From Octopus sinensis (taxonomy: Eukaryota), in contig NC_043016.1 in the NCBI RefSeq assembly GCF_006345805.1, positions 10,354,001 to 10,418,000 of the forward strand: 64,000 nucleotides of DNA, read 5' to 3'. The notes under the pieces were generated by a model. That model ran no database searches. It was given only the letters and a program-made list of their open reading frames with translations, and was not told the DNA's origin. Positions 1 to 12,599 of this stretch are shown here, one piece after another (the stretch's first letter is position 1; each line of letters opens with the position of its first letter). Made by a program: the position numbers and the translations under genes.

Positions 1-830
<830 letters not shown>

Positions 831-1156
831 TCCATCTCTATGTATGTACGTATCTGTCTGTCTGTCCATCCATCCGTCTAGCTAACTAACTCATTGTCTG
901 TCTGTCTGTCTGTCTGTCTCATTCCCTCTCACTCTCTATTTTACTCTGAATTGTACCTGCAATTCCAAGATCCAACCTTGTCATTTTGGGTTCCTCTGAG
1001 TCTACCAAAAATCTATATCAAGAGGAGCACACATTTCTGTGGAATATTCAGCATCATTCCATATTGATTTCATGAACCGAATGTCCATTTATGACACTAA
1101 CAAAGAATCCCTTAGTTTCAAAATCTTCCTTGGTGTATTTACTATGAAAAGGCATT

Positions 1157-1400
1157 ACTCTTACTCTTTTCACTCTTTTACTTGTTTCAGTCATTTGACT
1201 GCGGCCATGCTGGAGCACCGCCTTTAGTCGAGCAAATCGACCCCAGGACTAATTCTTTGTAAGCCCAGTACTTATTCTATCGGTCTCTTTTGCCGAACCG
1301 CTAAGTGACGGGGACGTAAACACACCAGCATCGGTTGTCAAGCAATGCTAGGGGGACAAACACCGACACACAAACACATACACACATATATATATGTGTG
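1157..1400 (-). mobile_element. SINE family A, 3' half
   Basis: ttttacttgtttcagtcatttgactgcggccatgctggagcaccgcc...cggttgtcaagc, near-identical to 15050-15240, with an (ACTCTTT)n tail. Confidence 0.85.
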
Positions 1401-1451
1401 TATACAGAATTATGGTAACAAAATAGTTAAAATATATAAGAGAAACAATTC

Positions 1452-1683
1452 TTAACCCTTTCTCTATAGTTACCAACCTGCCTGAAACTGGCTCTGACTC
1501 TGAGTACAAATGTCTTGTTTTCATAAGTTTTGAATTAAAATCTTTCACCAAACCTTAGTCACAATTTATGTTCCTAACACCAGCTTAATGATAATTAAGT
1601 TATTTTACTTAATTCTTTATATTTAAAATTAATTGAAAGAAACACGGAACATCTCAACAGAAATATGTTAATGAAAGGGTTAA
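1452..1683. mobile_element. piggyBac-type MITE with TTAA target duplication
   Basis: TTAA-CCCTTTC (1452) ... GAAAGGG-TTAA (1683); ~225-bp non-coding interior. Confidence 0.75.
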
Positions 1684-2454
1684 CCAGTTGACTAATAATA
1701 AAGGAGTGGAACTGAACTAGTACATGTGTTAATTATATTGGTGAAAACGACTCTCCCTAGACACAACAAGATTTGTTTCAACACACAAATTTACATAAAG
1801 AATCTTACAAACTGGATACAAAAATGAAGTTACTATCCTACTTATATTCACAAATTCTCCTATTTACACATATCAACATATTAAACTCAAAGCACTTGAC
1901 CCAACAAAGGTTCCTCTAGGGTCAGTCAACATGCTAAAATTAGGAAGAAAATCTCCCTCAAATAAGATACTGCTACTTTTAGAAAAGAAGTATACACTGG
2001 ATAAAAAAAATGGCTGGTCATAGTAAGAATAAGTACCAAGCTTTAAAAATGAGCACTTGGACCAATTTATTTGACTAAAACCTCTTCAAGCCAGTGATCC
2101 AGCTTGGCCACAGTCCAGTGACTGAAACAAGTAAAAGATGAAAGAATAAAAATGATTTTGATTTATTTGAACTAGTCAGAAATAAAAATTTATAAAAAGA
2201 AAATATGGAAAATTTCCTGTTGATGAAATTACCAGTATGGAAAATGGACATTAAATGATGACAACGGTAATGATGAAAAAGGGCTATTGAGCTGAAAAAC
2301 ATGAGTTCATGAGTTCGATTTCAAGGTTGAGCAGTGAATTACATGCTTGGGAAAGAAATGAAAATGTGTTTTGTCTATTACAGACTCTTAGCAAATGCAA
2401 CATGGCGGCAGTCCTTGATGCTACAAAAAGCTGTGTGTTGATTCGTTATGTCAC

Positions 2455-3120
2455 AGACGTACTCTTTTACTTGTTTCAGTCATTTAACTGTGGCCATGCT
2501 GGAGCACTGCCTTTATATTCGAGCAAATCGATCCCAGAACTTATTCTTTGTAAGCCTAGTACTTATTCTATCGGTCTCTATTGCTGAACTGTTAAGTTAC
2601 AGGGACGTAAACACACCAGCATCGGTTGGCAAGCGATGTTGGGGGGAGCAAACACACACACACACACAATCATATATATATATATATATATATATACCAG
2701 CCTCATCTGGCCTCCATGCTGGTGGCATGTAAAAAGCACCACCCAATCGTGGCCGTTTGCCAGCCTCATCTGGCACGTAAAAAACACCCACTACACTCAC
2801 GGAGTGGTTGGCGTTAGGAAGGGCATCCAGCTGTAGAAACACTGCCAGATCAGACTGGGCCTGGTGCAGCCTTCTGGCTTCCCAGACCCCAGTTGAACTG
2901 TCCAACCCATGCTAGCATGGAAAACGGACGTTAAACGATGATGTTGATGATATACATATACACGATGGGATTCTTTCAGTTTCTGTCTATCAAATCCACT
3001 CACAAGGCTTTGGTCGGCCCGAGGCTATATTAGAAAACACTTGCCCAAGGTGCCACGCAGTGGGACTGAACCTGAAACCATGTGGTTGGTAAACAAGCTA
3101 CTTACCACACAGCCACTCCT
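2455..3120 (-). mobile_element. SINE family A interrupted in its central (CA/TA)n tract by a family C insertion
   Basis: 3' half at 2455-2660; tRNA-like 5' half at ~2950-3120 (minus strand reads ggagtggctgtgtggtaagtagctt...ggttcagtcccactgcgtggcaccttgggcaagtg). Confidence 0.8.
2695..2945 (+). mobile_element. Family C (RTE-type 3' tail) repeat
   Basis: ggcacgtaaaaaacaccc...ggagtggttggcgttaggaagggcatccagctgtagaaac...aacccatgctagcatggaaaacggacgttaaacgatgatg. Confidence 0.85.
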
Positions 3121-4404
3121 AGCAAAAATATAGATTTATTCAAGTGATATTGACAGTCATTTTCAGTAATGATAGTCATAATACTTGGAACTCAGTGCTA
3201 AGTTTGCTGCATGGATTGTTGGTTAGCGCTATTTGTTATTTTTTTCTTTTATATTCCATAGGCTTTCTTTGTGGTTCTTTATCTATAATAGAAAATTTAT
3301 CCTCTAGTGACATGATTTTCACAATGGTCAGGAATCACTGGTAGATTTACTGGAAGAGTTCTCCATTGATATATGAATATATACTGCTCTATCTCATTCT
3401 TGAATCCATTGGTGCTGCTGTGATTCTTTGTCTGTAATGGAAAATTCGTCCTCTAGTGACACATAGCTTCCATTTATCATGCCATAAATGTTCTGTTATT
3501 CCTGACTTTGTTGATTTATCTCTGTTCAAAGCCTACCAGCATTCTCTGATTCTGATCTTGAATGGTCATCCTGTCCCTCATTATAAGCATTGCTACAAGT
3601 GCATAAAATGTTTTACACACACACCACCACCACCACCACCACCACCATATATATAATTATATATATATGAAAATATATGTATATATAAGACAGAATGATA
3701 TATATATATATATATTTCGTTTTCGGATTTGGTTTGAAAGATTCTTTATGTGAGTTCATATGTTGAGTCATATTTTGTTGTTTCTGGGGAGAGTCATTCT
3801 CTTTTGGTGCCTTATTATCTAAGACACACATTTACAGCAAATGGAAAAAGAAAACCACATGAATATATTAAGAAGAAAACAAGCCTGCAAAAAAGAAAAT
3901 ATAAGACAATAACAGACACTAAGGGCTAGTTCATATACAAATAGTTTCACAAAGCCTCTCAGGCCAATGGACATGGCGATCACTGCAAGTTGTCGTAACG
4001 TGTCTTGGTGGAGGAAATGTTTGTGAGGCAGTGTATGTAGGGGGTATTTATGTATGTGGAGCAGTATGTGTGTGTGGGGTTGTTGTAGCATGTTGTTTGT
4101 ATTGACATCTGTGTAGGTCCTTTTGATTCTATCCACAAAAACTGTGTCTCTGGAACCATTAAAGTCTATAGTAACATGCTTGTCGAAATAGATCTTACCT
4201 GTCTTGTTAAAAGTGTTTAAATGTTCTGCTTAGATAAACCAAGATTGGTGATCAGGGATTAAATGTACAGCTTAAATAAACTAAGATTACTCTGCCTGGA
4301 TATTTTTATACTGATCTACTAAAATATATATTAGATTGAAAAATTTGCCAAAATCATAGATTAAAATAATCTTAAATCATGCTTGTGTGACATCATTATC
4401 TCAT

Positions 4405-4715
4405 CATCATTGTTTAACATCTGCCTTCAAAGCTGGCATGGTTGGGATGGTTTGACAAGAGCCGGCAAAACAGAAGCCTGCACCAGACTTCTGTGACTGT
4501 TTTGGCAGGATTTTTACAGCTGGATGCCCTTCCTAACACCAACCACTCAGCAGAATGGACTTAGTGTCTTATACATGACACAAGCATAGGTGAGGTCAGT
4601 TTTGGCAAGGTTTTTACAGCTGGATGTCCCTCCAAACACCAACTACTTTACACTGTGGATTGGATGGCTTTAAGTGGCACCTGCACTGACAGGGTCACCA
4701 AGTCCTTGCAAGGCA
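4405..4715 (-). mobile_element. Diverged family C repeat
   Basis: Reverse complement of the family C core (ttttacagctggatgcccttcctaacaccaaccactc) with an internally duplicated segment. Confidence 0.7.
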
Positions 4716-4790
4716 TACACATATATGTGTGTGTTTGACCGTTGAACTCTACACATTTTTTTCATTCTCTCTCTGTTTATTTCTTCATTA

Positions 4791-4826
4791 CTTTCTGTTG
4801 AAGAGCATAGGCTCGAAATATAAAAG
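4791..4826 (+). ncRNA. Degenerate minimal type I hammerhead-like motif
   Basis: CTTT-CTGTTGA-A-GAGC-ATAG-GCTC-GAAA-TA-TA-AAAG. Stems I and II pair; core position A6 is T. Confidence 0.45.
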
Positions 4827-4923
4827 AGTTTAGTTTTACATTTTTCCCAAGCATCAAACTAATACACTTGCTTGTTGTTTCATCAGTTGTTTTTTTTTCT
4901 ATAAATTTCAACTGTGTATATAT

Positions 4924-4956
<33 letters not shown>

Positions 4957-5039
4957 GTACATATACACACACGCACACATATATATTTATGGACATACAT
5001 ATACAAAAACATGCACATATGCATCACATATGAAGATTC

Positions 5040-5280
5040 GTTGCCTAGTGGTTAGGGTGTTACACTTACAATGATGAGATAAGGATTTCGATTCCCAGAC
5101 TGGGTGGTGCATCATGTTCTTAAGCAAAACACTTCACTTCATGTTGCTCTGTGACCACTTTGACAGCTGATGTGTTGCACACTTGTGCATCTGTCTGGTT
5201 AATGTTGCTTTGATGTAGGGAGTGAGGAAACATACAGCACAAACGTTTGATCACTGGAAACAAATCACCTGTGCAGCAAA
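5040..5280 (+). mobile_element. Diverged tRNA-derived SINE
   Basis: A-box-like TGCCTAGTGGTTAGG and B-box-like GATTTCGATTCCC, followed by a ttctaagcaaaacacttcacttc core; a related copy lies near 28530-28680. Confidence 0.6.
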
Positions 5281-6358
5281 ATATGCATACATGTGCATAG
5301 GGTTTGAACTCGTGATTAAGATGCCAGTAGCCCGGCGTAGTAACCTGTTATGTTCTTTAAAACATTCCATTGTGTTTCTTCAGTGTCTTTTACATAATAA
5401 CAAAAAGATAATTGTAAAAGTAGAAAAAAAAAGCAAAGCATTTTCTCTTTTCCAATATTAATTATTTTTCTGAGTCTCCATGGAACTTTTAATAAATCTT
5501 CTAAGAAAAACATTGAAAATACTCAAACTGGTAGAGATGGTGGTGATCTTGGTGGTGTTGGAGGTCTTGGTGGAAGTTTTGGTGGTGTTGGCGGTGGTTG
5601 TGATGGTGGTGGTGGTGATGGCAGGGGAATTGGTATTTGCTGATAATTTTTCATTCGTTAAATTACATGAGATATTTGAACAAAAATATGTGTTCTAATT
5701 TATTAAAAATGTTATTGATCTTAAATGTAAACAATAAATCAGAGAAAGAAAGATAAACGTCAAGGTAAATTTACCATTTTTCAGTAATTTTTCAGTATGT
5801 AGACACAGCTGTGGAAGTGGTTCTGGGTTTAGTCCCACTGCATGGTACCTTGAGCAAGTGTCTTTGACTGTAGCCCTGAGATGATCAAAAACTTGTGAGT
5901 TGATTTAGTGGACAGAAACTGAAAAAGTTTCATTATGTGTGTGCTTGTATCAGGCACATGCCATCAGTAATTACTCAGGGTAGGCACCTTTCTGTAGTAA
6001 GACACACAAAATACAGGCACGCGACTGAGTTGAAGGCAGATTTACTTCTGCCTTTATAGCGTGTAAAGAAAACAGTGTTATACGAATGTACACAGCAGTA
6101 CTATGCATAGCTTTAATACTGAAATTGAAAAGTAGGGGCCTACCTAATCTACAAAAAAGTAAAATATTTTGCATTTTATGCATAGTGATCAGAGGGACCT
6201 CCATAATTTTATTGAATTAGGTGCATATTTTGCCATAAAAGGAAAATATTGCTATCGAAATTATGATGATGATAATGATGATGATGAGGAGGAGGATCAT
6301 ATGCATGGTCTCTGGGCACAACATCCAAATTATAAATATAATTTTTTTTTCTTTTCAG

Positions 6359-6467
6359 AAAAATAATGGTCAATCTGGTGGAATCGAAGGACTTGATTTG
6401 AATGTGAATATGGCTTGGTCGAAAGGTTTTACTGGAAAAAACATAACAACAGCAATTATGGATGATG
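6359..6467 (+). CDS. PCSK2: Single internal exon of prohormone/neuroendocrine convertase 2 (subtilisin/kexin family), start of the catalytic domain
   Basis: A pyrimidine tract plus CAG acceptor ends at 6358 and a GTAAGA donor starts at 6468. The 109-bp phase 0/1 exon reads KNNGQSGGIEGLDLNVNMAWSKGFTGKNITTAIMDD(G). This matches the PC2-type GLDLNV..AW..G.TG...TTAIMDDG motif containing the catalytic Asp; furin and PC1 usually have V-[ST]-[IV]-LDDG here. Confidence 0.88.
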
Positions 6468-6697
6468 GTAAGAGATCTGTTTCTATTTGAAAATATTCTT
6501 ACCTATATGATTTCTTTTTGTTTTGTTTTCCTTTTCTTTGCTGTTGAAATTTTTTATGAGAATGAATTGCATATCAACTTCAGGGTTTACCATTGCTCTA
6601 ATAATTTTTACATTAAATGAACAAAGTATTTTATAAACAGTATTAGAATTCTATGGTTTCTATCCAAATTCATAGTAAGAAAAACTCTTCATGTATG

Positions 6698-6732
<35 letters not shown>

Positions 6733-7461
6733 GAAGAGTCAGGTATTTTAACCTGCCATGAAATATTCTGAAGTGTAGTTTGTTCATTATGTTACAGCAC
6801 AGTTATATTTATTGGTAAAATATTTATATATTTATATGTAAATTCATTTATGTATGTGTGACATATGATGTAGTGTCACTTTGTAACTTATTCAGATCAC
6901 AAAACAACTGTCAACTAATGGAATAAACACCAACTCTCTCGCCTCACTTCTTGTATAAATGTATATATATATATATATGGTGATTGATACTTCTTTACAG
7001 AAGAAGGCCATCTCTTCAATTAATAAATACTGCCATGAGATCTTATATGATTAGTAAGTCCTGCTCTTGACCAACAACCCTTGAAAAACAGACCTTACAA
7101 ATATTTTTGAGCAGAAAAGTGTCTGGGATTGTAGCTAAGTCCTGTCTACGAAGTGCTCATTTCCAGATAGATTGTTCAATTTCTTTGAGCTTCAAATGCT
7201 TCGCATCTATTGTAGATCATTTGTTTCCAAACTGATTCATCTTGTATCATTTGCTCCCAAGCTTCAACTTTCGCCTCACTTCTTGCGTGTATATATATAT
7301 ATATATATATAGTGAGTGAGAAAGTATGGTTGGTGATTACACAATTTTTGCCATGACGATTTAAACATATTCTTTTTTCATCTTATTCCTTTTCTTGAAT
7401 ATACATACATATATATATATATAACAAATTGAGGTTGTAAGGTACAGCACGAGTGGAAATA

Positions 7462-7688
7462 TATATGAAAGAAGGTTTGAAAATGCAATTTTAAAAGATG
7501 TTTATTCACTTGACCGGTTTCACTTTTTTAGAAAAAGATTGTCAAAAGTAGTGTAAAGCTTTGTATATGCTTTACTTAACACAACAAAGCTTTTACATTT
7601 TACTTTTGACAATCTTTTTCTAAAAAAGTGAAACCAGTCAAGTGAATAAACGTCTTTAAAATTGAATTTTCAAACCTTCTTTCATATG
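7462..7688. repeat. ~105-bp near-perfect inverted repeat; each arm carries a degenerate hammerhead-like motif
   Basis: 7462-7564 is the reverse complement of ~7582-7688 (atgaaagaaggtttgaaaat...gtcaaaagta); (TA)n flanks. Confidence 0.9.
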
Positions 7689-8872
7689 TATATATATATA
7701 TAAATATATATATATAGTTATTAGTAAGGAATTAGTAATCCAGGCAAAATGCTTCTTAAGCTCTCTGCTGTTACAAATGTGGCAAAGTAACAAATGCTTT
7801 TGTGATTGGCATTGAACTGCTGGTAACCCAAAGGCAAAACCTCAAGTTGAATTCCATCATCAGTCAACTTTTGTAATTAACTGGTGATGGACTTCAACAC
7901 CAGATTTTGCTTTCGTATTACCTGGAGTCATATATATATATATATATATAAGCAATATTTATTAAAACATGTATGTTTTGTCCCTATTTGGCTAAATGTT
8001 TCATACATGAAGTAATGATGGTAAGTTTGTTTTTTTTATTCTTAATTGTTTGTTTGATACACTGTTGTTTATTTATTTGTTTCTGATTTAAAGTGACTAT
8101 TTATGAAAACTTGTTTCTTGTCCTAATTTACATGTTTTATGGTCGTATTTCTATGACAAAAATTCCTTCTTTTAAAATGATTTAATTCAAAACCTTCCAT
8201 CAAAATTTCATATAAATTCATATTCCAGTCTAACAACAATAATGATGATCTTTTACAAAAATTCTTCACTCTTTTCAAAATTAAATGAAACGATGGAAAT
8301 TTTATTTCAAGAGAAATTTAGTAAAAAAAAATGGGTTAAATATTAACAAATGAAAGATTTGTTATCATATTTCTGCGTAACGATTTATAATAGAAATTTG
8401 GTAATGGTTAAAAATAATTTGATTAGTTTGTGTGTGTGTGTGTGTGTGTGTATTATCTCTTCTGAGTTTTAGGCATTGTTATTATCGGTCTTCTTTTATT
8501 ATCTTGATCTTCTCCAAAACTGAACAAATCATTCTGAAACTGTATGGAAGGAAGGAAAATAAATACATAAAAATACTCTCTGATAATGTGTTTTTGTCTG
8601 AAAATGTTATTTTCGACATCATAACTGTTTCTATTATGTTGAAGATTTTTCTGGAAATTTTTGTTTTACATTTTTTTTTATGTTGCAAGTTTCGGTTTTA
8701 TATGAATGATGGAAGAAATATAAATGCATTTTTAATTCACTCATTGACAATAAAAAGAAAAGTTTATATATGATACCAGCCCAATTTTCATTTTAAATAA
8801 CTAAGTTCACTGACATATTTTTATGACAGACAGATATGTTTAAGTAATATTACAAAATAATAATAATAATAA

Positions 8873-9022
8873 TGGAGTGGTTGGCGTTAGGAAGGGCATC
8901 CAGCTGTAGAAACACTGCCAGATCAGACTGGAGCCTGGTGCAGCCTTCTGGCTTCCCAAATCCCCAGTCGAACTGTCCAACCCATGCTAGCATGGAGAAT
9001 GGACGTTAAACGATGATGATGA
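8873..9022 (+). mobile_element. 5'-truncated family C repeat
   Basis: ggagtggttggcgttaggaagggc...ggacgttaaacgatgatgatg, preceded by (AAT)n. Confidence 0.85.
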
Positions 9023-9029
9023 ATAATAA

Positions 9030-9460
9030 TAGGCAGTGGCTCTCATGGCTTCTGATCTTAACTGATTGGAAGTGTTATCATGTACATTGTTTTGTCTTGG
9101 TATAAAAGATGGGCTACAGCAAATATTCTGCTCAATACCACAGATTTGCTTGTCAGTTGTTTGACCTTAACCAGTTGAGCATGTCCCTTAGTGGCTGACG
9201 ATATGTGCATCTCTCATCACGAGCAGAAGTAGTGGGGGAGCATCATAGCAATGGGTTGAGAGGAATTCTTTGGGGTTTGAAATATGGGTGTTTAAAACAG
9301 CTTGAAAGAGCCCTTAATCAGAGACCTTTTGAGCAAGATGGGCTTCTCAACCTGAAGAATATTCTAACTGGGCCCCACCAGCAAGGTCATGTGCTGTTTA
9401 TCTTGATATGAGATCACCATGTCGCGCACATATGGTTGTGATGCATGTGCCTGGTGTACC
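9030..9460 (+). mobile_element. ~550-bp (TAA)n-associated non-coding element, truncated copy
   Basis: Colinear with 48860-49310 (ggcagtggctctcatggcttctgatcttaactgattggaag...catgtgcctggtgtacc). Confidence 0.85.
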
Positions 9461-9464
9461 CTTT

Positions 9465-9800
9465 CTTTCTACTACAGGCACAAGGAGATACAAGAAGATC
9501 TCTAGGGATAATTGAGGAACCCATCATTCAAGATCTCCCTGAACACCAAGAGCAAGTGCCCTCTCCAATTCCTTTCCTCCAACTCATAAGTCTACACTTA
9601 GAGTGGTACCATCCCATCTTGCCCTTTTTTGCAACTTTCACCCACCTTTCAGTAAACTCACTCGAGGACAGTGTCTCCCTTCCAACTTACTCCCATTTTC
9701 AAGTGAAACTTGAAAAAGTCAATAAGGGCTTTATCATAGAAGAATGTCTCTGTTCTCATTCCTTTCAGCCTTGTCCACCAAACTACCTCATTCACCACAG
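9465..9800 (-). mobile_element. Possible decayed LINE ORF2 C-terminus (L1/Tx1-like)
   Basis: Minus strand reads EVVWWTRLKGMRTETFFYDKALIDFFKFHLK, then frameshifted F-x-ERWVKVA-like residues. The clade assignment is from recall only. Confidence 0.4.
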
Positions 9801-10374
9801 CCACTAAGGCAAAGGAAAACTGCTTTAAAGTACACAATTATGTAAATGTACCACCCAGAATAGGAACTGAAACTACGATTGCTAGATCCCGTGTGCAACA
9901 CCCTAACTACTAAGCTATACCCAATGTGATAATGATTCAGTTGGCTTGTCACCTACAATAACAATAATAATAACAATAATAATAAGTAAATAAATAAATA
10001 AAAATGTGTCAAGATTATTTGCCAACATAACATGGCAATCCTGGTTTTGGGTGAATCTTACTGTTATTTAGCCCCAGGAAACATAGTCTCCACTCTCTGT
10101 GTCCTTATACTTTCCCCTTGTTTGAAAATATAAGGACACAGATAGCATGTCGTGTAGCCAGCTGGAGATGATGTTTCCTTAGGGCTAAATAACTGTAACA
10201 TTCGTCCTAAACCAGATCTTCCACGTTATGCTGGCAAATAATCTTTACTTTAGAGTGCTGTTACTGAATGTCTCTCATTGAGAGATTTACAAATAGAAAT
10301 TTTCTATTTTAAATAAAAAATTTATTCTAACAAAATCTAATTCATAATTTTCCCAAATACAAATACTGATTTTA

Positions 10375-10580
10375 AATTTTGTCCCAAGACCATCAGTTTC
10401 AGGGGTAGGAATTAAGCCAATCACATTGACCCAATGCTCTACTAGTACTTATTTTTCGAGCCTGAAAGGGATGAAAGGCAAGATTGACCTTGGTGGAATC
10501 TGAACTCAGACTGTAAAGATGGACAAAATGCTTCTAAGCATTTTGTTTGGTGTGCTAACGATTCTGCCAGCTTGCCATTT
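10375..10580 (-). mobile_element. Diverged SINE family B
   Basis: gaaagggatgaaaggcaagattgaccttggtggaatctgaactcag is the reverse complement of the family B B-box and central domain. Confidence 0.7.
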
Positions 10581-10613
10581 CCCAAATACAAATATTAAAG
10601 CATAATTATATTA

Positions 10614-11008
10614 TCTCTATATATATAAAGCTGAAGTTGTCTGTGTATGGCAGATTTGGTAGCCTTCAACTAACACTATCTCCTCCGAGACCCTGCGACA
10701 CAAGTTGACCAAAATTGAGATTATGATAGAAGAAGGCTTGCTCTTCATTCTGTAGAAGAACAAATTCAAATCGGACCATGTTAACACGAAAAATTATTTA
10801 CATCAAAAAGGTGCTTTTTTTTCTATGAAAATCCCGATTTTTTACGATTTTTTTTTACTACTGTGTCGCCATTTTTCAGTGTATTTCAACCAGAAAAATG
10901 TTCACTTAAAGAGAATAACAAGTTGCATAATGCAAAATTTTTACTTTTCAAAAATTCCAATTCTAAAGGGTCGAAACAAACCCGGGCAACGCCGGGCGAT
11001 ACTGCTAG
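10614..11008 (+). mobile_element. Non-autonomous Helitron, subfamily 1
   Basis: Sits between A and T; starts with TC; subterminal hairpin cccgggcaacgccggg; ends with CTAG. Confidence 0.85.
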
Positions 11009-11355
11009 TTATTGATATCTATGTTTTTCCATTCCGTTTACTTCTATATTAACATCTATGTTTCATTCTTCTCCTTATGGCTTCTATCATTCTGTTTCTA
11101 CATTTATCCGTTCTATTGTTGCAGGAATAAGCACAATTAGAAATTCTTTGTTCCATTTCTATCCAATTCTCCTGAGAAGATGAAGCATAAAACTCTTAGA
11201 AATATTTCGTTGCGACTTTTTTTTTTTTTTGGTCTGTTTCTTTCTTTTCTTTTGTTTCTTATGAGATATTTCTATATCAGATCTTTTTGCAGTGTTTCTG
11301 ATTTAATTCTTCTTGGCTAACCTGGTAATTGGTTCAAACACAGAATAAATATACA

Positions 11356-11387
<32 letters not shown>

Positions 11388-11437
11388 AACAAACATACAC
11401 ACACATACAGAGAGAGAGAGAGAGAGAGAGTTACAAA

Positions 11438-11833
11438 TCTTTATATATAAAAGTCAAGTTGTGTGGTGTCTGTCTCCTACGATTTAGATTTCTAACTACT
11501 CCCACATTTTGCGGTGCAGTTTAAACAAAACCAGGTATCTTATAGTCGTGATTCATATCGAGCCCTTCTGGGTATTAGCGCGCGTCTACGATGAGTCTAC
11601 GATTTAAAAAAAATTTACCATCATTTTTCCCATTTTTAATGCATTTTTGGCATATATAAGGGAAGTAACTCTCTAAAAATGTATTATTCAATCTCAGAAC
11701 GTAAAAAGCTACAGTAACACCCCCCCCCTTTGTGGTTAGCCATATTGAGATGGCTATTATACTTTACATCTCTAAAAATGCTTATATAGTTATTTCCCTT
11801 ACAAACCCGAGCAACGCCAGGCGATACTGCTAG
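11438..11833 (+). mobile_element. Non-autonomous Helitron, subfamily 2
   Basis: A|TC...cccgagcaacgccagg-cgatactg-CTAG|T; homologous to 29271-29671 and 56483-56876. Confidence 0.88.
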
Positions 11834-12246
11834 TATATATATAAATAGACAAATAAATATATATATATATATATATGTATGTATGCATGCATGCAGAGAG
11901 AGAGATAGAGACTTATATATATAAACATAAACATACATACATTTATATGTGTGTGTGTGTATATATAGAGTGTGTATGTATATATATATATATAGTGTGT
12001 GTGTGTGTAAATAAGTAAATGAAAAAGATAAACAAGTAGTTATTATTAACTGATATTGAGAACACCAGAGTAGATTACAACAAACGTTAGTCACACACTT
12101 TGCCAATCATATTTTATAGAAAGGTGTTATCTCTGATGATTATCATAACAGCATATAACACAGTTCCTATTGCTAAAAGAGTAGAAACAACAGTGTATGT
12201 AAGTGTTGGAAAATTCCAATGGTTTATCTTTGTAAATAGAAATAAT

Positions 12247-12282
<36 letters not shown>

Positions 12283-12599
12283 TTGGAATAGTAGCTCTCG
12301 AATCTCATAAAGTTACAAATAATAAGCATTGTAAATGTCGGCTTGAAAACCCCTTTCAGATACAAAAAGCTGAGCAATGTCCATAGGATTTGAACCCACA
12401 TCTTCTGTGTATGTGAGAGATATTGCCTGCTTCTACCTTTATTTTTTTCATTAGTGTAAAATTTCTACTCTCTTTACCTTTCCATTCTGATAATTCTTAC
12501 CATGACTATAGACTTGTTCCTTGTTCCATAGAAGTTTCCCTCTTTTCTCTCGTATTTTCTTTGCTGTTTTATTCCTCCGCCTGCTTTGCATTGATCGTA

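Noticed and set aside
8021-8026. GTAAGT donor as the end of the next PC2 micro-exon
   Set aside because: No upstream AG at a suitable distance and no G[IV]DY.H coding match.
9195-9202. CTGACGA in the 550-bp TAA element as a hammerhead core
   Set aside because: No stem II followed by GAAA downstream.
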